Under the pieces are notes generated by a model. That model worked only from the letters and a program-made list of their open reading frames with translations. It was not told where the DNA came from and made no database searches. From the NCBI RefSeq assembly GCF_009834535.1, contig NC_045697.1, positions 53,322,001-53,386,000 on the forward strand: a DNA stretch of 64,000 nt, read 5' to 3'. The translations under genes were made by a program, and so were the position numbers. This DNA comes from Camelus ferus (taxonomy: Eukaryota). Of this stretch, positions 38,400-51,452 are shown piece after piece (the stretch's first letter is position 1; every line of letters begins with the position of its first letter).

Positions 38400-39490
38400 G
38401 GAAAAAAAATCCAAAAAACAAAAACACCAAAATTAACAGGCATGAACCCAAAAAAGGAAAGTATGACTCACAATAGAGAGAGAAGTCAATAAACAGAAAT
38501 GAGACAAGGTATAGAATTAGTAAACAAATATATTGAAATATTTATTGTAATTATATCTAGATGATAACAGGAGGCATGCATGAGCATGTTTGAAAAATAC
38601 AAGGTCTGAGATGCAAAGCACATTGACTATAATTAATAGCAGGATTAGAAAAAAAGATGAGGGAACTTGAAAGAGTATGGAAGGAGAAAAGATTAGGAAT
38701 CTTGAAAATATAGCAATAAAGCTATCCAAAATAACATGGACAAAAAAAGGGGGGGGGGGAAGTAGTGCAAAACAGCAGTACTTCAAGGAAGTGTGGGTCA
38801 ACATGTGTGTTAATACATGTATAATTGTAGTGAAGGAGTGAACAATGTCCAAATATTAGGAAAACTATAAACCATAGATCAAGAAGCTCAACAAATGATG
38901 ACTGCAAGAGCGTGAAACAAATTACTATGAACACATTACAGGGACATTGCTTGCAAGCAGCCAACAAGAAAACATTAAAAAGTAGCCAGAGAAAAAAGAT
39001 ATCATATACAGAGTAGCAGAGGTGAATGATGGCTGACTTGCTTTTGCAAAATATATAAGCCAGAAGGGATTGGCAATTTTTTTAAGTACTCAGAAAAAAA
39101 TATCTGTCAAAAAATACCATAATCTGTGAAAACATCCTTCTACCATGAAGATATAATATTTTTTTCAGATTCACAAAGCTGAATGAATTAATAACTAGCT
39201 GACTTACCTTACCAGAAATACTTAAAGGAATTTCACTGGCAGAAGTCAAGTGATACCATGTAGAAATTTGTATCTACTCAAAGGAAGCACAAGGAAAATG
39301 GTAAATAGAGAGATGCAGATGAAACACCTCAATTACCTGTGTTTTAAAACTCTTCAAAATTATAAAACAATTAAAAAATATAATTACAATGTATGGTGTG
39401 GATTTTAATGTATGTACATAAAATACATGATAACAACACCACAAAGGGCAGTGAGATAGGAGGGTACTGTTTTAAGATTCCCTATCATAA
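38400..39490 (+). mobile_element. Degenerate old L1 fragment (ORF1/inter-ORF-like)
   Basis: A-rich L1-like text (ccatagatcaagaagctcaacaaa, agtagccagagaaaaaaga, ccttaccagaaatacttaaagga). Confidence 0.55.
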
Positions 39491-39499
39491 TGGCTTATA

Positions 39500-40183
39500 T
39501 TTAAAGACAGATGACAAGTGTTGTTGAGGAAGAGGAGAAAAGGGAGCCCTTATGCACTGTGGGAATGTAAATCGGTGCATTTCCTAAGAAAAAACATTAT
39601 GGAGGCATCTCAAAAGACTAAAACTAGAGCTACGATCTAATCCCACCCTCCCATATCTGGATACTTATCTGAAGGAACTGGAACCAGGATCTCACGGTGA
39701 CCCTTGTACTCTCATGTTCACTGCAGCATTATTTACAATAGCCAAGATGTGGGAACAACTTAAACACACACCAACAGATGGATGGAGAGGGAAAATGCGG
39801 TATATGTGCATGGCAGAATACAACATGCAGCTTTAAAAAAGGAAGAAATCTGCCCTTTAGGACAACATGGACAGATCTGAAAATTTTTATTCTAAGAGAA
39901 ATAAACCAGACACAGAAAGGCAAATATTGTATGGTACCCCTTATGTGTAGAATCTACACTTGTCAAACACACAGAAGCACAGAATAAAACTGGAGCCAGG
40001 GACGGGAGTGAGTGGCACATAAGAAAGTGTTGGTCAGATGGTACAAGGTTTCAGTCATGTAAAATAAGTAAGTCCTGAGACCTGCCCTACAGCACGGTGC
40101 CTAGCAAGCAATCCTGTATTTTATCCTTAAGATATGCAAAGGAGGACCTCATGTTAAGTGTTCTTACCACATACAAACACATA

Positions 40184-40221
<38 letters not shown>

Positions 40222-40225
40222 AATG

Positions 40226-40273
<48 letters not shown>

Positions 40274-40430
40274 GAAGAACGAGAGGAAAGAGAAGGAGAA
40301 AGGGTGTGGGCAGAAATATTCTGAGGTTATGGGTATGTTTATGGAGTTGATGGTGGTGACGGTTTCATGGGTATGAAACCCCAAACTCATCCCCAAACTC
40401 TTACCTCAGTAAAGTAGTTTGAAAAAATTA
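39500..40430 (+). mobile_element. L1 ORF2 end plus 3'UTR
   Basis: atgttcactgcagcattatttacaatagccaagatgtgg; acaacatggacagatctgaa; gaaataaaccagacacagaaaggcaaatattgtatg. Confidence 0.85.
40181..40272 (+). repeat. Compound (ATG)n(ATA)n microsatellite
   Basis: Directly visible trinucleotide runs inside the L1 3'UTR. Confidence 0.95.
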
Positions 40431-40509
40431 AAAAATACATTTGTGTTGTTTTAAGCCACTAGGTTTCCTGTAATTTGTTACAGCAGCAATAGGAAGCTAA
40501 TCTAGACAG

Positions 40510-40925
40510 CATGGGAGTATCACAAGTAGCATGGGCTTTGGAATCTAATGGACGTGAATTTTGATTTTCTTCTCTAACATTCACTAATTGTGTGATTTAG
40601 GACAAGTGACTTAATTCTGGTCAATGCTGGATTTTTCATCTGGATGTAATAACTTCTGATTCAACAGGATAATGTAAAGACCTAATAAAATTACTTGTGG
40701 GGAAGAACTTAGCCCTCAAGCCTAGACAGTGGTTACCATTCTTGCTGCCATTTTTAGATACTTGTTCTACGTCAGGCATTGCATAGGTGTCTTGTTTTTG
40801 TTATTTCCTGAATTCTTCCAGAGACTCCTTTAGGATGTCGGTACACAAGAAGATAGAGTTCAGACAGGCTAAGTTAACTGGTGAGAATCGTGCCACCAGA
40901 AATTGAGAGAGCCATAATTAAAACA
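40510..40925. mobile_element. MIR-like SINE relics (two, opposite orientation)
   Basis: gcatgggctttggaatctaa...tgtgtgatttaggacaagtgacttaa; then gagttcagacaggctaagttaactgg. Confidence 0.55.
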
Positions 40926-42041
40926 CTTGAAAAAAATATATATGCATGCGCAGATACCTATTTGAGTGACAGGCCATTTATCAGTCATTTTAACATTGAT
41001 ACTTAAACCTATCCTCTTCCAAAAGAAAACCATAAATAAAGTTATTTCTCAGTGCCCAATTTGTTAGCAATGCTTGATGGATGGAATGTCTACATGACCT
41101 CTCGCCGTCTGTATTTTGAAACTATGCTGTACTTAACCTCTTTTATGAATAACACTGTGGTCACAAATAATGAGCTTTTAGCCATATATATATATACACA
41201 CAAAAGTATACATGCATATTTTATTATATGTAATAATAATAATTTATTAATGTATACATTGGTTATATGGAAAAAGTGAAGGGCAGAGGAGGGAAAAAAT
41301 GTTTATTCCTAGGTTTTGAATCTCAGCATCTGCACAGTGAAATTAAATGAGACTGGGTGAGGAGCCCAGCAGGGAGTTTTACACAACACATATAACTTAG
41401 CATCTACCACTTCCCTTACTCTTGATTCTTTCCTCAGTGTGAGTACCACTCCTTCTGTTCCCTTCTAAAGTCTTTGGTTCCAACAGCAGCCCTCTCTGCT
41501 GTGTTCAACTCCCAGGCAACTGGTCCTTAGTTTGGGCTGCTTCACTCAGGAAGAGAAGCTTTGTCTCCATTAATTTTGGTGAATAAAAGTTTCTATCTCA
41601 TAAAAATTGTAATACAGCATCATTGGCCGATTTTTAGCTGCCAACATCTACCATCATTGTATAGCTAAGATTTTCTTTCCAGTTTCATGCTGAAAGGTGA
41701 ATCTGTTTTCCATGTAAATGTGATTAAAATTAAAGGCAAGATTTTCACTAGTAGGTTAGTGATTTCATGCAAACTGTATGGATTGACGTTTCTTTTATAA
41801 AGAATATTTTGCAATTAAAATGAGATTGACTAGATGATTTTCTTGTTTTTAGAATAGCCACTCAGCTCTGGCATGACTTGATTTCTTTCATAATCATTGT
41901 CCCAGAAGGTTATAAAATAGTATTGTATGTCTTTTCTTTATAAATACTGACATTTTGAAGAATGTTATGAGAATTTACGTAGCATAGCTGCAGAAAATTT
42001 TTATTTGCAGTTAAAATAAAGATGGGTGTAATTGGGACAAT

Positions 42042-42455
42042 TGTGTCAGTCCTCCAAAGATATGCTGAACCCCTAGATCCCAATATTTCAGAATGTGACC
42101 TTATTTGGAAATATGGGTTATTGTAGATGTAATTAGTTAAGATGAGGCCTCACTGGAGTAGGCTGGGCTCTTAACTGAATACAACTGATGTCTTTATAAG
42201 AAGACAGAGACACAGAGGGAGAAGTTGGCTTTGTGATAAAAGAGACAGAGATCGAAGAGATGTGTGATGATTTTATGAACCAAGAAATGCCAAGGATTGC
42301 GAGGAGATGCTGGATACTAGAAGAACCAAGACATTGTGCCCTAGTGCTTTCAGACAGAGCAAGGCTCTGGCCATAGTACTGTGAGAATATAAGTTTCTGT
42401 TTTTTAGCCGCCATTTCCGGCACTTTGTTAAAGCAGCCCCAGGACGCTAATACAA
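42042..42455 (+). mobile_element. MLT1 (MaLR) LTR
   Basis: gaatgtgaccttatttggaaata...gatgtaattagttaagatgagg...tttgttaaagcagccccaggacgctaataca; its 3' part is shared with unit A (~24870-24985). Confidence 0.8.
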
Positions 42456-42469
42456 TGGGTTACCCAGTG

Positions 42470-42741
42470 CATGCTTGATAGATCGATTTATTACGCAAGG
42501 CTTTTTTTTTTTTAATTTTGAAAATACTTCAACAGAGAAAAGAAAGGTCAGATTATCATTACTACTGTTTTAAAATTATTGATATTTGATCTCAGGTATG
42601 TATTCTTTATGTAACACTGCTTGATTGAATTTTCTTTTTCTTTTTTTTTCTTTCTTTGTTTTGAAAGCTGGAATTTGGACACAGCAGGAAGAATAGGAAG
42701 AATCATTGTGAGTACAAAGCAAATAGCACTTCTCACCAAGT
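42470..42741 (-). other. Gene B exon 6 (3'UTR) with polyA signal
   Basis: Acceptor ctccttatccacag|ACTTGGTGAG; AATAAA at 42487-42492. Confidence 0.7.
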
Positions 42742-45383
42742 CTGTGGATAAGGAGAAAACATACATTTTATTAAATTTGAACAATAAATGAATCATTGCT
42801 AATGTCATTATGTCTTCTTATTTTTCAGTTATATCCAGATATAACTCTTTCTGTCTAACCAAGTGTTCACAATTGCCCGTTTGTTACCCCCTTCCCACCT
42901 TCCTTGGTGCCCTTGACCTTTGCATGCCCCAAGCCTGGACAACCAGGAAAAAAGTGGAACGTGCCCTCTTATCAGCTTATCCTGAGAATCAGCTGACCAG
43001 AGTGGACACCCTTTCTACTGGTCATTTCCTTCTGCTTGCCCAACTTCCCCTAAAAGTTTCTGCTAATCTTTGCTTACCTATCTTAAAAAGCCTTTTTCTG
43101 TTCGCCTTTGAAGCCCTTGCAGATTTCTGAGATTTGAACTTTCTTCCTATTGCAATGATCTTTGTTATGAATAAAATCTCTCCTTGTCTAAGTTTAGAAC
43201 TGTTCTTTTTGGACATGACAAAAGACCCTTGACCAAAGCTGTGCCTGCTTAAAATCCTTCATATAAAAAAAAAGCTTTACTAAAATTATTCTAAAATAGT
43301 TATATAACCAGACTCTAAATTGCTGTTATTACTACCACTGTTTCTTAGTTCAACCTCTTGTTTTTCATGTTAAATTATTTTGATAGTTTCCCAATGGACT
43401 TTACTGCCTGTCTATCCTTTACCTGCCATGCACCTGCTCTATAGATGCCTAAAGAACCCATTCAATCACATCCCTCCTGTATCAGATGATAGTCTCACTT
43501 ATAATTGCTTGATTTTACATCCATTTTGAAAACTAGATAATAAGCCATCAAGTGCAGAGATAAATCATGATATTTATACCCCCAGTGGCTAATTCACTGC
43601 CTGCTCAGGATGTAGTCAAGAAATATCTCATGACTGAATGAATACAAACTTCTGTTGGAATTTTATTTTCTAAAAAAATAACACAAGGAACAGTATTTAT
43701 TTTCAATTGTTTCTTTCTCTACTTCAAAATAGCTCCTTTATTTCCAACACTTCAAATGTGTAACCAATCTAATTCTGTGTGGTGCTGATAGGATAGTACT
43801 TTTCCTGGCACTTCAGGACCTTAAGAAATCTTGAATCAATATTGAAAAATTCAAAGAATGATTTCTATCATCTTTTTTCTCCACTTGTCACTGCTCACAT
43901 GAGGTGCAGTGGGCTCAGGTCTGTATTTTTAGCCCAGTTGGACTTTCACTTTGAATGCTATCCTCTTTCCAATTGAGCTTAGCCAAATTATCTTCTTTAG
44001 CATCTTCTGTATAAACACAGCCAATCAAACATATTCATAATGCAAAATTCCATAAAACAACAATAACAACAACAAAGAAAGAGATGGACAGATGGCAGCA
44101 GAGCCATGTCTCTTTTCTGAAAGACTTATTTGCTTAGTCCTTATATTTGCTTATCCAATCCTGACAAACGTGTATCTATTTCTTTGTTTTTTTCCTCCTT
44201 CCTTCCCTGATTTGGCCATTCATTCAATCCATCACCAAATCCACTGATTGCCTTTTCTTAGGGTCTCCTTCTCATATTTCTTTAAGTCTTTCTACCACCA
44301 ACCTATTTCTGTCCCCCTGTCCTCTGCTTAAATATAGCCTACACATTTCATCCATTTATATATCTTCCAAATAATACGTTTAATATATCCTTTCTTTTTC
44401 AAGTATCTTCAGCTGTTGCCTAGTGCCTAGGGAGTCAAATACAGTGTCTTTGTCCTGTCATTGATGGCATTAGGGAGTTCAATTTGAATTAATTCTCTAT
44501 GTGCATTTAAAATTTATTGAAATCCTTGGGAACTATTTCCACTTCGAATTGTGGGACAGCCTCCAAAAATATTCCTTGATTTTGCAGTGAAATATTTAAC
44601 CTTTCATAGATTTTGGAACATTTATTTTTGTTTTACACAAAATTGACTTTCTAAAATCCAGTTGGTAACATTTCCTTATTTTCTTGTAGGTATTATTTTA
44701 AAGCAGTGGTTCCTATTCTAATTGCTCATCAGAATCCTCAAAGCCAAGTTTCTCAAACTTTCTTGTGTTATTAATCATATAGGGATCTTAATAACCTGCA
44801 GATTCTGGTGCAATAGGTCAGAGTATGGCTTCAGAATCTAAATTCTGACAAGTTCCCAGATGGTGCTTGTGCATCCACTCCCAAGATTACCTTTAGAAGG
44901 AAAAGTTTTAAGCAACATCCAGGCACAGATTAAGTGGCAGGGCAGCCTGCAGTCACAATTATATACAATTCTCTTTAAGAGCTTTTATGTAATACGCCCT
45001 TCAGTAGTCTCACTGATTCTGTGATGTGGTTAAGAATTATAACACTGATTTTGTCCATGAGAAAAATTGAAGTTTAGAAAAAGATCAGGAATAGTTCTAG
45101 GTGATGAAACTAGGAATGGTCAGGACTAGGACACAGACACAACTGCCCCGTCCCCAGAGCCCAGCCTCTTAACAATGCTCTTTTGGACACACTTAGAGAG
45201 GTAAGTGTACTTTACCAGAGCTACACCAGAATGGGTTTCTTAAACTGGGGCTGCTTTTGGTCTGACAGCTTGCTTTTGCTTTTTCTTGTTTTACCTGTCA
45301 CCATTGATACCTCTAAATAATATTAAATGTCACTAGACCCGGCTTACCTCTGTAATCATGTCCTGTGGTTACCGAGCAGCGTT

Positions 45384-47741
45384 TTAAGGAAATGGATATT
45401 GAAGAGGATAGTTAGGATAGTTTTGTGGATACCGCTGATACGGCACGTATTGCTGGTATGGTTGGTAATACCCAAACTGTACACAAACGAAAGGAAAGAA
45501 GAAATTGCAGAGAATTGAGACAATGATGGTGCAAATATTTCTCAGTAAATTTCATTAAAAACTTAGGTTGTTAACGTTGGTAGGACCTTATATATCATCT
45601 ACATGATTGTGTTTTCAAGCTTTTAGGTAGATTTTAATTATTTTAAATAAGAATGTTTTAAAGTGGTAAAATGATAAAGCACTTATATTTTTGCTGTTTG
45701 TTGAAAATTTTGCTGTTTTATAATACACATGGAGCCATTGATTATAGCCAACCATTCATAAAACGTTAAATTATTATTTATAATATAACTTTCAAGCTTC
45801 TTTGCCCATCCTTGAATATTACAGGGAAGAGATATTTACTAATTCCAGGTTAGGTGGAATTACTACTTCTCACTCTTTACTTATAAATAAAATACTGTTT
45901 CTTAAAACTCCTACATTCTTAAATATTCACTTTTGTTATTCCAAATGTCCTCCATCCCTCCTTCAGCATCCTTTTATCTGGTGCTGTTTGAATTCATCTA
46001 CTGACTATATTAGTAAGAATTTTTGAGACCTTATCACATCGATAGACATGTCAAAATAACATGCACTATCACGGAAACATTTCACTAAGAGGAATGTTAA
46101 ATAAATTAAATTTTCTATCCTATTTAATGTGGTTAGTTCAACATACACTAAGGACTGCATTGCCTTTCAAAAGAATCAGGAAGTGGAAACTGACAACATT
46201 ATACGTATTTTGAAAGTCTCTGTGGTCTTTTAGGCATATTTTGTATTTAACATAATTAGACTCTCAGTGTTCTTTAGATCAAGGTAATTATTTACTAGAC
46301 AAAGATACTTGTTTTTTTTGAAAAAATAATTGACTTTATCAGGGTGGCATTATGAGTTTCCATCCAAATGCTACTAGTACACAGACTACTGGGTTTTACC
46401 CAGTGTATCATCAACAAAAAGACAATGTGTACTTTAATCAGTCATTATGTAAATATGTAAATATATAAATATCAGAGAAGAAAATATTCTTGTACTATAC
46501 CACATTATCAGGAGAATACGTACATTGTATTTTCTCCATTTCCAGAAACGTTTCTGTTAAAGTAAAGAACAGATTAACATTTTAACACATGTTTACTTTT
46601 CACGTTTTCCAGTGAAGGAAAGTGTCTTACCTCTTCAGATGAATCAGCGCTCTGGGAAAAAAGGAAAGACGAAAATAGTTAACATTTTAATTTTACAGTT
46701 TTAGATTGAGTGTAAAAATGCATTTAGCTGCCACAATTATGATGGAATGGAATGGAGGTAAAGTTCTGGGGAAATGATACACTAAACTAATTTTGTGTTT
46801 GTAGAATGGCATCTTTTATATGAATGAAGAGAAATATTTCACCGTAATTCATTTGCTACATTCAAATATCAATTCACTTTGGAACAAATTCTTTTTTGTG
46901 TGAAAGGAAGGCAAATCTATCACTGTGACTAGGACAATGAAACTGAAAAGTTAAAGTTGGGATTTGTCAAGTCAAATGTTTTTTATATGGAAATGTTCAA
47001 GTAGCTTAAAAGCTACTTACATTCATATATTAATTGTGCTAATAGGGTCTGGTATAATGTTTTTCTCTTTTTTTAGATTTGTGTTATTTTATGAAAGATA
47101 ATCTGTTAGACTGTGATGTCATGACCACCTTGGTCTTGAGACATCCAATAGAACTTGTTGGATTAGGAGAAATATTATTATTTCTCCAAGAACATCTCAG
47201 TAACTAGACACAAAGAATAGTGAAGTGAAAAGTACCATTGTTTTTACAGAAGAGGAAACACATTTAGAGGGAGGAGGAAGAAAGCAATTCAGAAAGGTCA
47301 GTTTTACCTAATGACGCAGAGTAGTTAATGACAATACAGGTAATCCCTGACATTTGGTAAATCTAGAGTTTTAAGATTTAAATGTCTCTATTAGCCTCTT
47401 AGATTCATGTCTTCATGGGGCTATTTAAAATTTTTAATCTTTACATTAAGTTAATTACACTTCTGTGTCTGTATGCTTAGTGTGTTTGTGTATGTGTGTA
47501 TTCAAGATTTATTCTAAGTCCTTAATGTACTTATGTAGCTTAATTCAAGGAAAATGTTCATATAAAAATATTAAAATTTATAAAGCCATGTTCAGGTAAA
47601 TGCACATGTAGGCCAAAACACAAGAAATAAGAGGAGAGACTCACGCTAATTTCTGAGAACATATTCTTCAAAATTTCCTGACATACTTACAATCATGGCT
47701 AACATGAGAGCCATAATAAAGGCAAAGACGAGGATCTTCAT
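45384..47741 (-). CDS. HSTN: Histatherin/statherin-like secreted SCPP peptide, gene B (64 aa)
   Basis: Phase-0 exons 47691-47741 MKILVFAFIMALMLAMI; 46631-46651 SADSSEE; 46524-46553 KRFWKWRKYN; 45384-45476 FGYYQPYQQYVPYQRYPQNYPNYPLQYPFP*. The DSSEEKR start and QQYxPYQRYPxNYP..YPFP tail resemble bovine histatherin as recalled; position is syntenic between CSN2 and CSN1S2. Symbol tentative. Confidence 0.88.
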
Positions 47742-48984
47742 TTTTGGCAAAGTCCTGTGAAAGCATATGTGAGAAATCAATAGTACATTCACTGCTGCCT
47801 AAATTTACAAACCTTTTATTGATCTAAGTGTGTTCTGAAGCCTTAGGAAACTGACTAGAAATTCAAAGACAATTCAAACACATTGCCTGACATCATGGAA
47901 CTTAGGAACTAGTAGGAACCTTGATAAGGAAAGGTAAGTGTTGTGATACAGAAATACTGAAGTGCTATAAACACACAGAAAATGGGCTTCTTAAACAGAC
48001 TAAGAGAATGGAGGTATTAAAGGGAATAAAAAGATAAGACCTGTGTTATGCAGAGTAAGTAAAGAAAGTGTTGGGGTTCCTGCAAAGAAACGAAAATGAG
48101 GGAACATGAAAGTGAAAATGTTTATTTTGTAAGAAGGACAAAAACCGGGGTCAGGATGACCACTTAGATTGCTGTGAAATTACAAGGGCCTTACAAAATG
48201 ACATTAGGGATCCTGATTAAGGCAGAGCTTAAGAGATGTTTAGAAGGTAGAATGACAAACAACAGAGACTGGCTTTAGAATAAGGAAAATGAACCAGGCT
48301 TCTGGCTTAAGAATTGTATAGATGGTGCAACCCTGGCATTACAAAATTAAGGATGCTAGGTAGAGAAAAATCAAATTGAAAAGAGGTTTCAGGAAAGATA
48401 TTTGTAGTTATTTTGAAAATTGAATTGAAATAATCTTCAAATAATTTTATGAACAAAATTAAGCTAATTTGGGACTCTGATATGTTTTTATAATTCTGTA
48501 TTTGTCAGTGAACCTGGTTCTGTTGTTGTTGAAAAAGAAATAAAGCAGATTACTTCTGAATTATAAATATCTAAATAAATATACTTCCCAAAATATTAGG
48601 TAAATAATGGGTAAAAACTCTTTCTAAATAATTTTTAGTCATCAGGTTTTACAGAACATCACAGCAACATCTTTTCCCAAATGATAGAAGTAACTATTCT
48701 TCTGCTAAAAAGCACTACATCTGTAACATAGGAATCGGAACTGGGGACTGGTGGTATTTCTCTCTCTCCTTATCTGCTGATTTTGCTTCATTGGTTTAAT
48801 TCAGGACTGGCATTAGATAAACCATGAAAATTATGTATTTCTTGGTGAAGTTTCTCATCACCTTCTAGTTAAACAATTGTTCAGTCATGTTATAATACAA
48901 AAAAAAAACAATGCAACTATTAGTATTGTTTATATTTGAAATTTTATTTAGAGGATTGAGAGAAATTCACAGGAACTAGTATTC

Positions 48985-49012
48985 TATAGATAGATAGATA
49001 GACAGACAGATA
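48985..49012 (+). repeat. (GATA)n(GACA)n microsatellite
   Basis: Directly visible. Confidence 0.85.
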
Positions 49013-49687
49013 AATTGAAGGACTCTGAGAAAATACTTCCCAAAGAACTCAGTCATAGAAGTTTGAAATAGTAAAAGCTTTTTTCAGCCAAATCACAGAG
49101 GAAACAAAAATGTGTTAAATAAAATGAATTATTAAAATAAACTAGTCTGTTACATGGTGTTAACTATGCAGGAAACGGGAACCTATTTTGAATGATGAGA
49201 AGGGCAATCAAGGAATAATGGATATGAATTAGTTACGGGAATAAAGTAACTTTGAAAAAGGTTACTTAAACCTTTGAAATAATGCACACATTTGCAAAAA
49301 GAGTTTATGTTACTCAAGAGAGAATTTTCTTCTCAAATGTAATCTTCAACTTTAGGTCAAGGTCAAGGTAATTATTAACAATATAGATATCAGATATTGA
49401 GTCAGGAAAGTGAAAAGGCTACTAGGAGATCCCACCAACAGAAAAGATGGAGCACATTTTCTCCATTATCCACATCATTTACTTTATACAATAATTATTG
49501 TCAATTCAGAGGCATTGACATCCTGAACTTACCTTCAGATTGTGATATAGGGTCATCATTTCTTTAAATTGTTTCTATGTGCAAAATTATCAATAAAAAT
49601 ATACATTTTATAAGTGGTTTTCAACTCAGCCTAGCAAGTGAAAGATTAGAAAAAGACATCATATTATATTGTACATGAACATATTAC

Positions 49688-49781
49688 CTTTTCCCAAGAT
49701 GAGACTCACCAGTCAGAGAAGCTGAAATTCTGAGGCCTTAAGAAAGGATGTTCTTTGCTAGATGACTTATGTACTTAAATA
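49688..49781 (-). promoter_or_regulatory. Gene B TATA-like box and non-coding exon 1
   Basis: TATTTAAGTA at ~49772-49781; exon 1 from ~49750 with donors at 49710|gtgagt and 49688|gtaata. Confidence 0.7.
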
Positions 49782-51063
49782 CATGAAAATCCTCCATTTG
49801 TTTTTAAAAATCATGTCAGTTATGAGATCATATTATAGAACTCAAAATACTGCCCAAGATCTGTCCCCGCAGACACTAAAAATAAACTTAACGGTGATTT
49901 TACAATAGAGGATTGTGAAGCAGTGATCAGGAAACCAATGGACCCTACGAAAGTTAATCCCACTGTTAGTCTGCGTATCTGTGAATAAGATAAAGGGAAG
50001 ATTTGCTAGAATAAACCAAGTGTAGAAGTGAATGGAAATGGTAAAAATATTTCTCTAGAACACCATCTTCCCTATTTCAACAAATGCATGTCCAAGTTGA
50101 AACAAATCTATACCGAAAATAATATAATCTTATCAAAATCTTGCCTGTTTTCTAAAATGGTGGTAACTGGCATAATAAATTTGAGCCATCAATTATTTCA
50201 AACATGTTTCCTATGAATTATTAAATTGTACTTTTATTTTATGACATGGAATATTTTAAGTCTTAAAGTCAAATATTTGTAAAAATTTGGTAATCTTATG
50301 AGTAGTGTATGATATAATAATCCTTATTTTTAAAGCCAAATGACCATGAAGCTCAGTAATTTATATCACTCATAGTAAGTAGATGCTTGTGTTTCAAATT
50401 GAATTTACCTACTTTGCATCTTTAGGGTCTCATTTTTTCCTCAATGGAAGCCAGGTATTGACATGATCATACTCTTACTCAAAATGCAGTATGTGAGACC
50501 ATCGAAATCACTGTCACCTGAGAGCTTGTTGGAACTGCAAATTCATGAGTCTTCTTTCCAAACACATTGATTCAGAATCTTGGAGGTGTAAAAGAAATGC
50601 CATTTTAGTAATATCTCCAGGTGATTACTTGTGTACTGTAAAGTTTGAGAAACCACATAATAGACTCATAAATGTATATTTGTCTCTAGATTGGACCCCT
50701 TAGAAATTAAGGCTTCATTTTATAGCAGATGTTTGAGGAAATGTTTATTAGGTGAATTTTCTATGCTATATTTGAAGATCCCCACCAGAAATTAATGTCA
50801 TACTCTAGGTGGCATATAAAATTATATAAATGCTTTATAAAAGTAAATAAAGGATTAAAATCCAACTTATTTTAAATAATTCTTGCTCTTTTTCATTTTT
50901 TTCTATGCCTCATAGATATATGAAGTCTTCTCAAATGCAAAGCAAATCCAATCTCCAGTATATTCTCGATGGAAAAAGATATACAGGGTTTAGAAATTAT
51001 TGACATAAGCCTGATTTTTAAATATAGGCCCTTTATTTATTTTGAAAACGTCAAATGATTTTC

Positions 51064-51452
51064 TTTTTTTTTTTTTTTAACATTTTTTATTGATTTATAA
51101 TCATTTTACAATGTTGTGTCAAATTCCAGTGTTCAGCACAATTTTTCATTCATGGACATATACACACTCATTGTCACATTTTTTTCTCTGTGAGTTATCA
51201 TAACATTTTGTGTATATTTCCCTGTGCTATATAGTGTAATCTTGTTTATCTATTCTACAATTTTGAAATCCCAGTCTATCCCTTCCCACCCTCCACCCAC
51301 CTGGCAACCAAAAGTCTGTATTCTCTGTCTGTGAGTCTATTTCTGTCCTGTATTTATGCTTTGTTTTTGTTTGTTTGTTTTTGTTTTTGTTTTTTAGATT
51401 CCACATATGAATGATCTCATATGGTATTTTTCTTTCTCTTTCTGGCTTACTT
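51064..51452 (-). mobile_element. Relatively young 5'-truncated L1 3' end (unit B only)
   Basis: Long T-run, then ttacaatgttgtgtcaaattccagtg...tttagattccacatatgaatgatctcatatggtatttttctttctctttctggcttacttc; empty site in unit A at ~33585. Confidence 0.85.

Noticed and set aside
39778..39987. ORF with L1 ORF2 C-terminal similarity
   Set aside because: Degenerate L1 remnant, not a host gene.
40097..40396. Poly-M/I and poly-Y/H ORFs
   Set aside because: Translations of the (ATG)n(ATA)n microsatellite; the His run is not a histatin.
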